Positions 28,866 to 38,334 of a stretch of 64,000 nt of DNA are shown here, piece after piece. The position numbers and the translations under genes are program-made. Numbering within the stretch: the first letter of the stretch is position 1; the number at the start of each line of letters is the position of its first letter. The notes beneath the pieces were generated by a model. It worked only from the letters and a program-made list of their open reading frames with translations. It did no database searches and was not told the origin of the DNA. Source of the stretch: a virus (taxonomy: Duplodnaviria > Caudoviricetes); IMG/VR virus record IMGVR_UViG_3300049141_000098, positions 32,001 to 96,000 of that record; one strand, 5' to 3'.

Positions 28866-30293
28866 CTACTCGTCTTCCGCATCCGCCCAGGGGTCGCGCC
28901 CCAGCCAGTTCGCGATAGTCGTCTTGCTGACCCCCAGCATCAAGCCAGCACTTCGCTGGCTCTGCCGGTTGGCAGGAACCTCCCTCCTGACCCACTCGAT
29001 CGCGTTCCTGCGCGCCGCTTCCTTCTCCTCCTCCGACACGTTCGGCATGCCCTGAAGAGCCCGGTAAACGAGTACCGCCGGGTCGATCCCGGAGGAGCCC
29101 TTCTCCTCGCCAGGGGGCTCGGGAACCTGGTGAGATTCCGGCCTAGAGGTGGCATCAGGTTCCGGCTCCGGAGCCGCCTCAGGTTCCTCCTCCGGCTCAA
29201 CGTCGGGTTTCGTGAGGAACCAGTCGCCTGCCATGGGGGCTTCGGTTACCTCGTAGGGCCCCTGCTCAGCCTGGAGTTCGGACGTTTCCGGTGGGGTGAC
29301 CACATCCTTGTCGAGGCTGACCTGCGGAAATAGCTCCTCCTGGATGGGGTTGGTTGCCACCGTGGTGACCGCTTCTCCGTGCGGGGCCAGCTCGGCGCCG
29401 TTGTCACCTTCCGTGACCGTGAGAGAAGACCACTCTGGACGGCTCGGGGTGGTGTTGATTGCCACCTGGTCACCTGCTCTGACCTGGGGATTTCCCCTTT
29501 CGTCGAAGGAGGGGATGACCGGGTTGCCACCCGATTTCGCAGCGGCCAGAGGGACGGTCGGATTGTCCAGCTCCAGTGCGTCCGGAATCTGGGGGTTTGC
29601 CCCCTCTGATCCAAGGTCTCTGGCCGGACGTGTTGCCACCTGGACAAGGGTCTTCATATCCCCGTGGTCACCCCGTCCGACCTGCACAAAAGGGCTTTCG
29701 GAGGCCTCCTTGTGAGCAGTCTCGGCGAGAGGGGTGACCACCTGGGTGGCCAGATCAGAAGAGATCTGTGACGTTTGATCGCTTACGTCCGGAATGTCAC
29801 CCGGGGTGACCACCTCGGTTTCTGAAGACGTCTCGCTGACCTGCTGGTTTTCCAGCACCTCGGTGGGTGCTTCCGGAGCGGGGTCCACCTTGGTCTCCCG
29901 CTCGGAATCGTCACTACGCGTACCCAAGTCCGGGAGATCGGCCCATGGTTCCTCACGGCCGAGACGACGCTCCCGAGCGGACAGGAAGGCCAGGCCTCCC
30001 AGCGCCACCAGTACCGCAGTGAGAAGGGCCTGCCAGACACTGATCTGCCGACCACCCCGCTCGGGGCCGCCAGTGACTGCGCTGAGCACGATCCAGAGCG
30101 GCGCCAGAACGACGGCAGCTCTCATCAACTTGACCCAAGGACCCCTGGGGATGCCGTCCTCGTCAGGCTCCAGGACCCAGTTCTTGGCGCCGTGCAGCCC
30201 ACGCCGAAGCATGAGGCCGACGCCTCTACGGCCATGTTGCACCTCAACGGAGCGACTGATGCCAGCCATCCGAGGTGGGGCGGTCCTTGCCAT
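28866..30293 (-). CDS. SpdB2-like membrane protein with C-terminal HTH
   Basis: Two N-terminal TM helices, long acidic disordered region, C-terminal SQRSAGLMLGVSKTTIANWL. Confidence 0.6.
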   Translation of the reverse strand: MARTAPPRMAGISRSVEVQHGRRGVGLMLRRGLHGAKNWVLEPDEDGIPRGPWVKLMRAAVVLAPLWIVLSAVTGGPERGGRQISVWQALLTAVLVALGGLAFLSARERRLGREEPWADLPDLGTRSDDSERETKVDPAPEAPTEVLENQQVSETSSETEVVTPGDIPDVSDQTSQISSDLATQVVTPLAETAHKEASESPFVQVGRGDHGDMKTLVQVATRPARDLGSEGANPQIPDALELDNPTVPLAAAKSGGNPVIPSFDERGNPQVRAGDQVAINTTPSRPEWSSLTVTEGDNGAELAPHGEAVTTVATNPIQEELFPQVSLDKDVVTPPETSELQAEQGPYEVTEAPMAGDWFLTKPDVEPEEEPEAAPEPEPDATSRPESHQVPEPPGEEKGSSGIDPAVLVYRALQGMPNVSEEEKEAARRNAIEWVRREVPANRQSQRSAGLMLGVSKTTIANWLGRDPWADAEDE

Positions 30294-30536
30294 CTTTCCT
30301 TCTCCTTTCCGGCGACCCGAGGTGTCCGGGCTCATCGTTTGTTCCATCTCCCCCGCCCGGCTCGACCCACCAAGTCGATGCCTTTACGCTGGCGGCACCT
30401 GGCGGGTCACCGCACTGGTCGCAAAGGCCACGAGCCCGGTTCCACCTGTTTCCTCGTTGGCCCGAGAGGTGGTTCGGGGCTCGTGGCATCCTCATGTCGG
30501 CAAGCTGCCACCACAAGGGTGGTCCGCTTCCGACTC

Positions 30537-30749
30537 TCACCCAGCCGTTGCGCCCATGAGGAGCTTGAAATCGGGCGAACCGGGCTGAACCTCCTTGAAC
30601 CGGCGGCAGGAACACTTGATCCGGCGCCCGCTGGATTCATTGCCGAGGTTCTTGGTGCAGGCCGTCTTGGGCCCCTCATCGTGGGTGCCGTTGTGACAGC
30701 CCCTCAGGTGGGTGCACCGTTGGCACCGCATTGCGTCACGTGCGCTCAT
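30537..30749 (-). CDS. Small Cys/His-rich protein
   Basis: CQRCTH...CH...AC...CSC pattern. Confidence 0.5.
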   Translation of the reverse strand: MSARDAMRCQRCTHLRGCHNGTHDEGPKTACTKNLGNESSGRRIKCSCRRFKEVQPGSPDFKLLMGATAG

Positions 30750-30994
30750 CGCCCCTCCTTGTGTGCCCTGTTGCTGCGTTCCAGGCTGCTCACGACGTGA
30801 TCAAGGCACCCTTGACCGAAGCCAGGGATGTCCAACAGATCACCGTAGGTCGCCGCCTTCAGGCGAGACGGCGTGCCGATTCCGTACCTGATGAGGCAGT
30901 TCACGATGCGCGTCGCAAGCGCGCCATACCCCAGGATTTCGTGCAGACCGGCGCGGTCGATCGAGGGACGACCTCCCGCGCCAGCGCCCCTCAT
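30746..30994 (-). CDS. Stand-alone RNA polymerase alpha-CTD-like HhH protein
   Basis: LATRIVNCLIRYGIGT..RL...TYGDLLDIPGFGQGCLDHV resembles alpha-CTD LS.R..N.L...I.....L.....DLL...NFG.KSL.EI. Confidence 0.65.
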   Translation of the reverse strand: MRGAGAGGRPSIDRAGLHEILGYGALATRIVNCLIRYGIGTPSRLKAATYGDLLDIPGFGQGCLDHVVSSLERSNRAHKEGR

Positions 30995-31338
30995 CACTGC
31001 ACAGCCTCCTCGTCGCCCCAGGTACGCCCCTGATAGTCCTTGTGATCCGTCTCGGGGTAATGACCGCGCTCCTCCTCGCAAACCCCGTTGTGTTCGGCGT
31101 TCTCGGACATGCAGTCCAGCAGTACGCCGTGCTCCTTGAAGGCAGCCACGACGGCGGGCTCATCCTCGTAGAGACCGAGGGAGGCGTCAGCGTTGTCCCA
31201 GTGCAGCTCCAGCAGGCCTTTCACCAGCTTTGACGCGATCCGCTGTAGGGCGGCGTCGCTGATCTGCCCCTTCAGGGGGAGTAGTTCGTCTATCACGGGC
31301 TCGAAGACCAGATCACCGGCCTCGTACTTGGCACCCAC
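30994..31338 (-). CDS. Hypothetical protein
   Basis: GTG start VGAKYEAG, TGATG coupling to next gene. Confidence 0.6.
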   Translation of the reverse strand: MGAKYEAGDLVFEPVIDELLPLKGQISDAALQRIASKLVKGLLELHWDNADASLGLYEDEPAVVAAFKEHGVLLDCMSENAEHNGVCEEERGHYPETDHKDYQGRTWGDEEAVQ

Positions 31339-31339
31339 G

Positions 31340-31588
31340 TCAGCCCTCCATCGGCTCGTCGAAGCAGACGATCGTCTGTTTGGCCAGGCGACTTTCCCGA
31401 CCCGTCCGCATGTTCCGGTAGACCCGCAGGAGCTGGCGCGCACTCTGCTCGAAGTCCCCGGAGAGCCCTGGTGTGTTGTCGTTCTCCGTGCGCCACGATT
31501 CGTTCTCATCCGCGCGGGACTGGATGGCCCATCGCACAGACTGGATAGCAACCTCGGCGTTGGCAGGGATCTCGCCCTTACTGACCAC
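31340..31588 (-). CDS. Hypothetical protein
   Basis: 82-aa ORF with RBS GGAAAGG. Confidence 0.55.
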   Translation of the reverse strand: MVSKGEIPANAEVAIQSVRWAIQSRADENESWRTENDNTPGLSGDFEQSARQLLRVYRNMRTGRESRLAKQTIVCFDEPMEG

Positions 31589-31641
31589 AGTTCACCTTTC
31601 CGAAGGTTCTTCTAGTTGTTCGCCCTGGAATGCAAGGTGAA

Positions 31642-32124
31642 CTAACGCTTCACCTCGGCGTAATAGGCCTTGGGTGGTCCGGCGGTGTACTCCGAGATCG
31701 GGGCGAGCACAACCCGCTTGCCTCGGTAACTGCCGGAGTTGGCGTTCCACATCCAGCCCTTGCCATCCTTCCAGCCCGCATAGATGCCGACGTGGTAGAT
31801 CGAGCGGGAGGAGGTGCCGATGAAGACCAAGTCGCCCACCTTGCGGCTGGAGGCGTTGACCTTGGCGAGCTTGTCGTACTGCCCCTGCGCGGTGCGCGGC
31901 AGCGTCCTGCCGTGGCGCTTATAGGAGTAGTAGATGAGGCCTGAGCAGTCGAAGGCGTCGGGGCCCGCCGCCTTGGGGCGATAGGGGTCGTTCTTCTGGG
32001 CGGCGGCGGTACTGAGGGCCTTGCTGCGTATGGAGGTCGATGCATGGGCGTCAGTCGGCGTGAGGGCCAGGGTGACGCCCATGCCGATCGCAGCCGAGAC
32101 GGTGAACTTGGTGACCTTTTTCAT
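31642..32124 (-). CDS. Secreted NlpC/P60 peptidase
   Basis: Signal peptide; DPY...GPDAFDCSGL, LPRTAQGQY, GDLVFI, YHVGIYAG. Confidence 0.92.
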   Translation of the reverse strand: MKKVTKFTVSAAIGMGVTLALTPTDAHASTSIRSKALSTAAAQKNDPYRPKAAGPDAFDCSGLIYYSYKRHGRTLPRTAQGQYDKLAKVNASSRKVGDLVFIGTSSRSIYHVGIYAGWKDGKGWMWNANSGSYRGKRVVLAPISEYTAGPPKAYYAEVKR

Positions 32125-32257
32125 GACGATCTCCGTTTCTTCGAAAGCCCCGACGATAGCCGGGGCTCTCTTACCTTTCCGAAGTTCTTTCCTGAGTTCG
32201 CCATGGAATCCAAAGCGAAACAGGGGAGTTGACCAATCTCGGCGACCTACGGACGGG

Positions 32258-32737
32258 TCACCACTTCATCCCGGTTGGGCAGAAACTGACCGGGATTGCG
32301 GCATCTCGCGCCTGCTTCACGCAGTCGGCGGTGCCGTGGGAGGGGTGCTTGCCGGGCGGGCAGGAGCGTTTGGCCTTCCGGCAGGGCTTTGCCCAGGCCA
32401 GCACCCTGTCGGGATGGGCTTGGATCATCTGGCCGTTACGGAGAAAGCCCGCCCTCCGTCCGTCCCGACTCCAGTCGGCAGGGAAGGGGACTTGGTGTAC
32501 GCCGTCCCCCTCATGCCCCATGGCCCACTCATCGACGAGGTGGTCAAGCCCCTGCGAAGCCATGCCGTTGAAGACCACCAAGTGGTCGTAGCGAATACGG
32601 AGACGGTCGAGCGGCGTCCAGACCGACCGTCGGTCCCACCAATCACGCGACCCGGTGACGGCGATCCACAGGATGCTCTGCGGATTCGGGGAGTTGAGAA
32701 TCAACTTCCGTGCCTGTTGGGCTTCTTGAAGTAGCAC
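32258..32737 (-). CDS. SLOG-family protein (YspA/DUF2493-like)
   Basis: IAVTGSRDW, G.A.G.D....EWA, FPADW...G..AG..RN..M. Confidence 0.8.
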   Translation of the reverse strand: MLLQEAQQARKLILNSPNPQSILWIAVTGSRDWWDRRSVWTPLDRLRIRYDHLVVFNGMASQGLDHLVDEWAMGHEGDGVHQVPFPADWSRDGRRAGFLRNGQMIQAHPDRVLAWAKPCRKAKRSCPPGKHPSHGTADCVKQARDAAIPVSFCPTGMKW

Positions 32738-32752
32738 AGCCCTCCCTTTCGT

Positions 32753-32762
32753 GGCCTAGGCC
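32753..32762. promoter_or_regulatory. GGCCTAGGCC operator upstream of the SLOG gene
   Basis: Just downstream of minus-strand -10 TATGCT (32764-32769). Confidence 0.65.
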
Positions 32763-33091
32763 GAGCATACCCTGCGGCCTACCCGTTTAGGTAGGCCACT
32801 TTCCGATGTCCGTTTCGCCCGTTTCAGAACGATCGCGAATCGGTCGAAGCTGCACAAACCACCCGAGACGACCACCCTTTGCCCGTATTGCGCTGATTCG
32901 ACGTCCGAAGTAACCCTTCGTCAGAGGTCGACCCTCTTCATGCGGTCCGTTTCATACCTTTCGTTCCCTACCCTTCGGTAGCTTCTCTTCCAGAGTTCGC
33001 TGAGCTTCCAACGTTCTTCGCGTTACCTCCGGGTAGCTTCTCGGCACTTCCAGGTGGAAGTGAAGCTACCGATCGGTAGTCGCGTGAGCCG

Positions 33092-33116
33092 AAAAAGCCC
33101 ACCCCGAAGGGTGGGC
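33092..33116 (-). terminator. Intrinsic terminator
   Basis: GCCCACCC-cgaa-GGGTGGGC stem with a U5 tail on the minus strand. Confidence 0.7.
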
Positions 33117-33437
33117 GTCTTCAGTCGGCAGGGATCCAGCGCGGGATGACCCTTGGATGCACCGCGACTCTCCGCGTCTCAGGTGCAGCTCCGTCCTGGC
33201 TTCTGAGGATGTTCCCTGTATGCGAATCCCGCGCGAAGAGGTCCAGATGGACACGGTTCCCTTCGCGAGTCAGCTTGGTGTCGAGGGGGGGCGTCTGCCG
33301 CCTTGATGCCGCAAGACTCCAACATGGCAACGGCCTCTGCCCTCCGCCTCTCGCGAAGCGACCAGGCGAGCCCAGAGACTTGAGCCCGAAGTCTGGTTCT
33401 CGCATCGTTCCTCATCTCGCTCCTCACACAAGTCGCG

Positions 33438-33851
33438 TCAGTACAGGGGGTCGACCTCGCTGCCGTCCGGCCAGATGAGGCGTGCCCTCTCTTCACGTAC
33501 TCCTTCGGAGTCGGACACGACCCTGCCGACGTACCCCACTCTCTCGATGTCGTACAGGACCATCTGACCCGTCACGGTGTGCCCGGCGCACTCAGCGCGC
33601 AGATCCTCCACGTTTTCCAGCAAGTTGGAGGGATCGTACGGAGAGGCCATCCATGGCACGACGCGATCGCAGGTGATGACGGTCCGCACGCCCTCATCGT
33701 CATCGAACTCCTCTGCGGTCACCTGGAGGACGACATCCGTGATCTCCGTTCCGCCCTGGTCGGAGTGCAGGAACCGGCTGTTCTTGATCTCGGCCCACTT
33801 CAGCGGCGGGTCTATGTGGAACTCACCCCGTACGGCAATCTTCAACCCCAT
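33438..33851 (-). CDS. Hypothetical protein
   Basis: 137-aa ORF with RBS AGGAGGGG. Confidence 0.65.
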   Translation of the reverse strand: MGLKIAVRGEFHIDPPLKWAEIKNSRFLHSDQGGTEITDVVLQVTAEEFDDDEGVRTVITCDRVVPWMASPYDPSNLLENVEDLRAECAGHTVTGQMVLYDIERVGYVGRVVSDSEGVREERARLIWPDGSEVDPLY

Positions 33852-33930
33852 GCTCAGCCCCCTCCTTCAGTAATGACGACAGCAGGCCGCCGCCCCAGTC
33901 TGCCTGGGGAGGCGGCCTGCTGATGTTGGG

Positions 33931-34530
33931 TCAGCCCTCGGTGCACGCCGGGAACTGCTCCCGCACCTGATCCGAGCAGTGGATGTAATCGACCTTGCGC
34001 ACATCCTGCTCGAACAGTCCGTCACCGTTGCGGACGAACACCTCGTACTCGGTCTCGCACCCCTCGGGTCGCTTGGACTCCTTCGGCGGCACGATCCTGG
34101 TCACGCGCTTGGGCTTGGCGGGCTTCTTCGAGAGCTGGACGCCACTCTTATGGACATCGCCGTTCGGTCGCGCGGTCGAGGCTGCTGGGGCCTTGCTCGT
34201 GCGATGGGGCAGCGGAGCCTCCGTCTTCCTGCTCGGGGGCTTGCTGGCGGCGACATTCCCTCCGCCTCCGCCCTGCTGAGCGCTGCTGGCTCCAGATTCC
34301 GAGCTGGAGCCAGAGGTCTTACTCCTACTACCGGAAGATCCCTTTCCCTTTCCCGCCGGGAAGGCGGCCGGTTCCAGGGCCAGATCCTCTCCGCATTCGT
34401 AGTCCGTCTGGACGGCCTCGACGACTCCGGAAACCTCGTACTCGTACTTCTTGTCGGAGTCCTGGCATCCGAATGCACCGAGGGCCAGGATCACGATTCC
34501 AGTCGCAGTGGCGACCAAGTTCTTGTTCAC
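33931..34530 (-). CDS. Putative lipoprotein
   Basis: Lipobox-like LGAFGC after a hydrophobic signal; Ser/Gly/Pro linker. Confidence 0.6.
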   Translation of the reverse strand: MNKNLVATATGIVILALGAFGCQDSDKKYEYEVSGVVEAVQTDYECGEDLALEPAAFPAGKGKGSSGSRSKTSGSSSESGASSAQQGGGGGNVAASKPPSRKTEAPLPHRTSKAPAASTARPNGDVHKSGVQLSKKPAKPKRVTRIVPPKESKRPEGCETEYEVFVRNGDGLFEQDVRKVDYIHCSDQVREQFPACTEG

Positions 34531-34638
34531 GTTCAATCCCCTTTCCAGTAACCAGTATTGCATGAAAACGGTCAGATGTCAGCCGGAAAGATCGTAGATT
34601 CGTGCGAAGCTATCTTCCGTGAACGGAAGGAGAAAGCC

Positions 34639-35724
34639 TTGTCTACGCCGATGAGCGCAGCAACTTTCATATCGATTCTCAAAAAGGAGGGCGTGAGGGT
34701 CGTCGAAGAGGGTTCCTGGGAGACCCACAATCGGAACTCTAAGGGACCCTGGGGCCCCGTGTACGGCGTCGTGATTCATCACACCGTAACCAAGGGGACA
34801 CGCAACACCGTCGACATCATTCAGGATGGCCACGGCTCGCTGCCAGGGCCCCTGTCTCAGGGGATGATCGCAAAGGATGGCCGGGTCTATCTGGTGGGCT
34901 ACGGTCGCGCCAACCATGCGGGCCTCGGCGACCCGGACGTTCTCTCCGCCGTCATAGCAGAACGAGATCTGCCCGTTGATAACGAAGCAAGCGTCGATGG
35001 GAATCGGCACTTCTTCGGATTTGAGTGCGAAAACCTCGGCGACGGCAAAGACCCCTGGCCAGCGGCCCAGCTCGAAGCGATCGAGCGAGTCTCCGCTGCG
35101 ATCTGCCGCCACTACGGATGGAACGAGCGCAGCGTTATCGGCCACCTGGAGTGGCAGCCCGGCAAGGTCGACCCAAAGGGCTTCACCATGGATGCGATGC
35201 GTAATCGCGTCCGGGCTCGTCTCGCCTCATCGCCCGACAAGCCGACACCTCCGCCGTCCAACGGCACCACCTACACCGTGAAGCCCGGCGACACGCTATC
35301 CGGGATTGCGAAGTCCCTCGGCGTCACCACCGAGGCCCTGTTCGCAGCGAACAAGGACCGCCTCAAGGACCCGGACGAAATCTCTATCGGCCAGGAGCTG
35401 GTCATCCCCACCGGCAAGCCACTGCCGAAGCCGAAGAAGCCGAAGGTCGACCTGTCCAAGCTCGTCGAAGCCGCACTGAAGAACCCCTCATCCCCGGGAA
35501 CGCCGGTCACGTACAGCGGCGTGAAGACGGTCGAGGCGGCACTGGTGGACGAGGGGCTGCTGGCGAAGAAGTACTACGACGGCCACTTCGGCGACGCGAC
35601 CATCCAGGCGTACCAGAGGTGGCAGAAGCGCTGCGGCTACTCGGGGGGCGCCGCAGACGGAATCCCCGGCAAGGAGTCCCTCACGAAGCTGGGCAAGAAG
35701 CACGGCTTCGACGTTGTCGCCTGA
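34639..35724 (+). CDS. Endolysin: amidase_2 + LysM + peptidoglycan-binding domain
   Basis: VVIHHTV, GRANHAG, GFECEN, VIGHLEWQPGKVDP; LysM YTVKPGDTLSGIA; C-terminal DGHFG/DGIPG. TTG start after GGAAGGAG. Confidence 0.93.
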   Translation: MSTPMSAATFISILKKEGVRVVEEGSWETHNRNSKGPWGPVYGVVIHHTVTKGTRNTVDIIQDGHGSLPGPLSQGMIAKDGRVYLVGYGRANHAGLGDPDVLSAVIAERDLPVDNEASVDGNRHFFGFECENLGDGKDPWPAAQLEAIERVSAAICRHYGWNERSVIGHLEWQPGKVDPKGFTMDAMRNRVRARLASSPDKPTPPPSNGTTYTVKPGDTLSGIAKSLGVTTEALFAANKDRLKDPDEISIGQELVIPTGKPLPKPKKPKVDLSKLVEAALKNPSSPGTPVTYSGVKTVEAALVDEGLLAKKYYDGHFGDATIQAYQRWQKRCGYSGGAADGIPGKESLTKLGKKHGFDVVA

Positions 35725-35739
35725 TCAGGAGGTATAGCA

Positions 35740-36117
35740 ATGCGAGTGTTCGGTCGCGAGCCGGTCTACATCCTCGCCGCCATCGCCGTCACCCTGAAGC
35801 TGGGGGCGGCGTACGGCCTCGATGTCTCGGACACCGAACAGGGCGCCATCATGGCGTTCCTGAGCCTGGTCGTTGCAGTCATCAACGCAATCGTGCTGCG
35901 TACTGGTGCGGTCGGTGCTGCCATCGTCAACCTGGCACAGGGTGGACTGGCCCTTTTCCTCGCCTTCGGCCTGGAAATGCCCGCCGAAACCCAGGCCCTC
36001 TGGATGCTGGCTGTCGAGGCCCTGGTCGCGTTCTTCGTCCACAAGGAAGTCACCGCCCCCGTCTCGGTCCTGCCGATCGAGGAGAGGTCGCCAGCCGCGC
36101 TCACCAAGGCGGCCTGA
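35740..36117 (+). CDS. Holin
   Basis: Small multi-TM protein (MRVFGREPV) directly after the endolysin. Confidence 0.8.
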   Translation: MRVFGREPVYILAAIAVTLKLGAAYGLDVSDTEQGAIMAFLSLVVAVINAIVLRTGAVGAAIVNLAQGGLALFLAFGLEMPAETQALWMLAVEALVAFFVHKEVTAPVSVLPIEERSPAALTKAA

Positions 36118-36214
36118 CGGACATGGCGGCCCGGTTGGGGTACACGACCTCCGGGCCGCCCTCTTGTGTCCCGTCCGACCATCAGGGCCCCTCGGGCCCC
36201 ACCGGGGGTGAAAC

Positions 36215-36568
36215 GTGAGCGTAGACGAGCCGTCCCTGGGGGAACTTGGGCGACTCATTCGGGCGTTGCGCGACGACGTCCGCGACGACATGGCCCAAAT
36301 CAATCAGCGCCTGGATAAGTTGGTGTCGGCGGACGTTTACGCCGTGGAGAAGGCGGCCATGGCCAAGGAGATCACCGACCTGACCAAGACCGTGCAGCAA
36401 CTGGCGGCCAAGCAGGAGCAGGACGTGAGGGCGATCGCTGACCAGCGCATACAGGACGTCAACCGGGTCACTCAGACGCGGAGATGGATCGTAGCCAGCG
36501 TCATCATCCCCATTCTCGGCTTCGTCGTCCCCATCATTCTGTTTCTTGCGTCAGGAGGCGGATCGTGA
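36215..36568 (+). CDS. Coiled-coil protein with C-terminal TM (lysis cassette)
   Basis: Typical actinophage post-holin membrane gene architecture. Confidence 0.65.
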   Translation: MSVDEPSLGELGRLIRALRDDVRDDMAQINQRLDKLVSADVYAVEKAAMAKEITDLTKTVQQLAAKQEQDVRAIADQRIQDVNRVTQTRRWIVASVIIPILGFVVPIILFLASGGGS

Positions 36569-37287
36569 AGCCCGTCGTGAAGTCGGGTGCCAGGGTTGAG
36601 GCGCGAAAGCGGCGCAGGCGCGGCAACGTGATTGCCGGTGTAGCGATCCTCTTCGGAGCCGCAACGCTGGCAGCCGTCGTCACCGGGTTCTTGATCCTGT
36701 CCCAGAATCTGTCGGACGCCCATCGAGATAACGCCCTGCTCGCCGAGCAGGTCAAGTCGATGGGCGGAACACCCGTCGCCGGACCAAAGGGGGACACGGG
36801 CGCCGCTGGCCTGGTCGGCCCCTCAGGCCCGCCGGGGCCCTCCGGAGCCCCGGGTTCGCCAGGGAAGGCGGCGCCCACGATCACGCCGAGCCCCGGCCCC
36901 ACCGGACCGCCAGGACCGTCGGGGGTAGCGGGTGAACCCGGCGCTGACTCCACGGTTCCTGGCCCAACGGGGCCGGTTGGGCCAGCAGGCCAGGATGCGA
37001 CTGGAGCGCCGGGAAAGGATGGCGAAAACGGTCAGGATGGCCAGAATGGCTCACCCCCGTCGGAATGGACATATCAGGACCCCCAGGGGAACACGTACCG
37101 CTGCACTCCGGTCGACGACTTCGACCCGGACAACCCCCGGTACCGCTGCGTCCTGACCAGCACACCATCGCCGACCTCATCCCCTCCGGCCAGCGACCCG
37201 AGCCCCACCTACGAGACCTCGCCGGAGGCCTCGCCATCCCCAAGCGAGGCCTTCCTGGTGTCCCTCCTGGACGGTCTCGGCGGATGA
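36565..37287 (+). CDS. Membrane-anchored collagen-like protein
   Basis: N-terminal TM, G-x-y repeats, YRC...YRC C-terminal module. Confidence 0.75.
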   Translation: MKPVVKSGARVEARKRRRRGNVIAGVAILFGAATLAAVVTGFLILSQNLSDAHRDNALLAEQVKSMGGTPVAGPKGDTGAAGLVGPSGPPGPSGAPGSPGKAAPTITPSPGPTGPPGPSGVAGEPGADSTVPGPTGPVGPAGQDATGAPGKDGENGQDGQNGSPPSEWTYQDPQGNTYRCTPVDDFDPDNPRYRCVLTSTPSPTSSPPASDPSPTYETSPEASPSPSEAFLVSLLDGLGG

Positions 37288-37437
37288 CGAGCCTCGCGAA
37301 GCCCGTCCTTTCGTGTGTTGATGAGCAAGTCTCGCGCCGGTTCAGCTTGTTCTTCAAGCAGCCGAGGTGATTGGCTGGTCCCTCCCCGGGTCCTGTGATA
37401 CAGCAGGGCCCGGGTTGAGACTCGGAAAGGGACCTCC

Positions 37438-38334
37438 ATGACCGCACCCAAGCTCGTTGGGCCCAGGCAGGGCGAACGGGCGACAGAGACGCGCATCTAC
37501 GCCGTCGGCGCCCTCAAGGGCGGAACCGGCAAGACCAGGTTGGCCATGCTCATCGCCCTGATTCTGCGCGTCGTCTTCGGCTACCGCGTCGTCGTCTTCG
37601 ACGCGGACTCAGGCTCGCAGACCTCCTCGAATTGGCCCGTGAAGGCCAAGCTGCGCGAGTATGCCTGGGACATCGAGGTGATCCGCCACCCCTTCGACAC
37701 GCTCGACAAGGAGATCGACAAGATCCGCGAGCGAGGAGACGTCGACTTCATCATCGTGGACGTCGGTGGCGGTAACGTCGCAGCCTTCCAGGCGGCCGTC
37801 AAGCGAGCACACAAACTGCTCGTGCCTCTGTGCCCCGACGAGGGCGACCTGGAGCAGGCCCCCAAGACGCGTGACGCGGCTCTGATGGCGGCCAGCCGGA
37901 ACCCGTTCGGCTGTCAGATGTACTACGTCCTTTCACGCTGCGGCAACGACCGCGACAAGATCGACAGCCGGTCAGTCCTGCTGGACGTGCCCGAAACCGA
38001 CGAGGATGGGCCGTATCCGCTGCTCGACACCGACATCCCGTCCCTGGTGGCGTACAAGCGGGCCTTCGGGCGTATCCCGCAGATGAAGGGGTCCTCTACA
38101 GATCCGGACTGCCCTCGGTGGAAAGACCTCGTGGGCTTTGTCCCGATGATGCTGGAGACGGAGATTCTCACCGTCGAACAGGTTCTCTCCAGCGGCCTGA
38201 TGACCAAGCGGGAAGTGGCCGCACATGCACCCATGCTGCTCGCTGGGGAGGTCATCACGGATGAACAGGCGCTGGAGCTTGGCCTGATGACAGAAGGCGA
38301 GTTGGCCGCCCTCCAGGAAGAAGTGGTCTCCTGA
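37438..38334 (+). CDS. parA: ParA partition ATPase (type Ib-like)
   Basis: Deviant Walker A KGGTGKT, DADSGSQ, Walker B FIIVD; no N-terminal HTH. Confidence 0.9.
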   Translation: MTAPKLVGPRQGERATETRIYAVGALKGGTGKTRLAMLIALILRVVFGYRVVVFDADSGSQTSSNWPVKAKLREYAWDIEVIRHPFDTLDKEIDKIRERGDVDFIIVDVGGGNVAAFQAAVKRAHKLLVPLCPDEGDLEQAPKTRDAALMAASRNPFGCQMYYVLSRCGNDRDKIDSRSVLLDVPETDEDGPYPLLDTDIPSLVAYKRAFGRIPQMKGSSTDPDCPRWKDLVGFVPMMLETEILTVEQVLSSGLMTKREVAAHAPMLLAGEVITDEQALELGLMTEGELAALQEEVVS

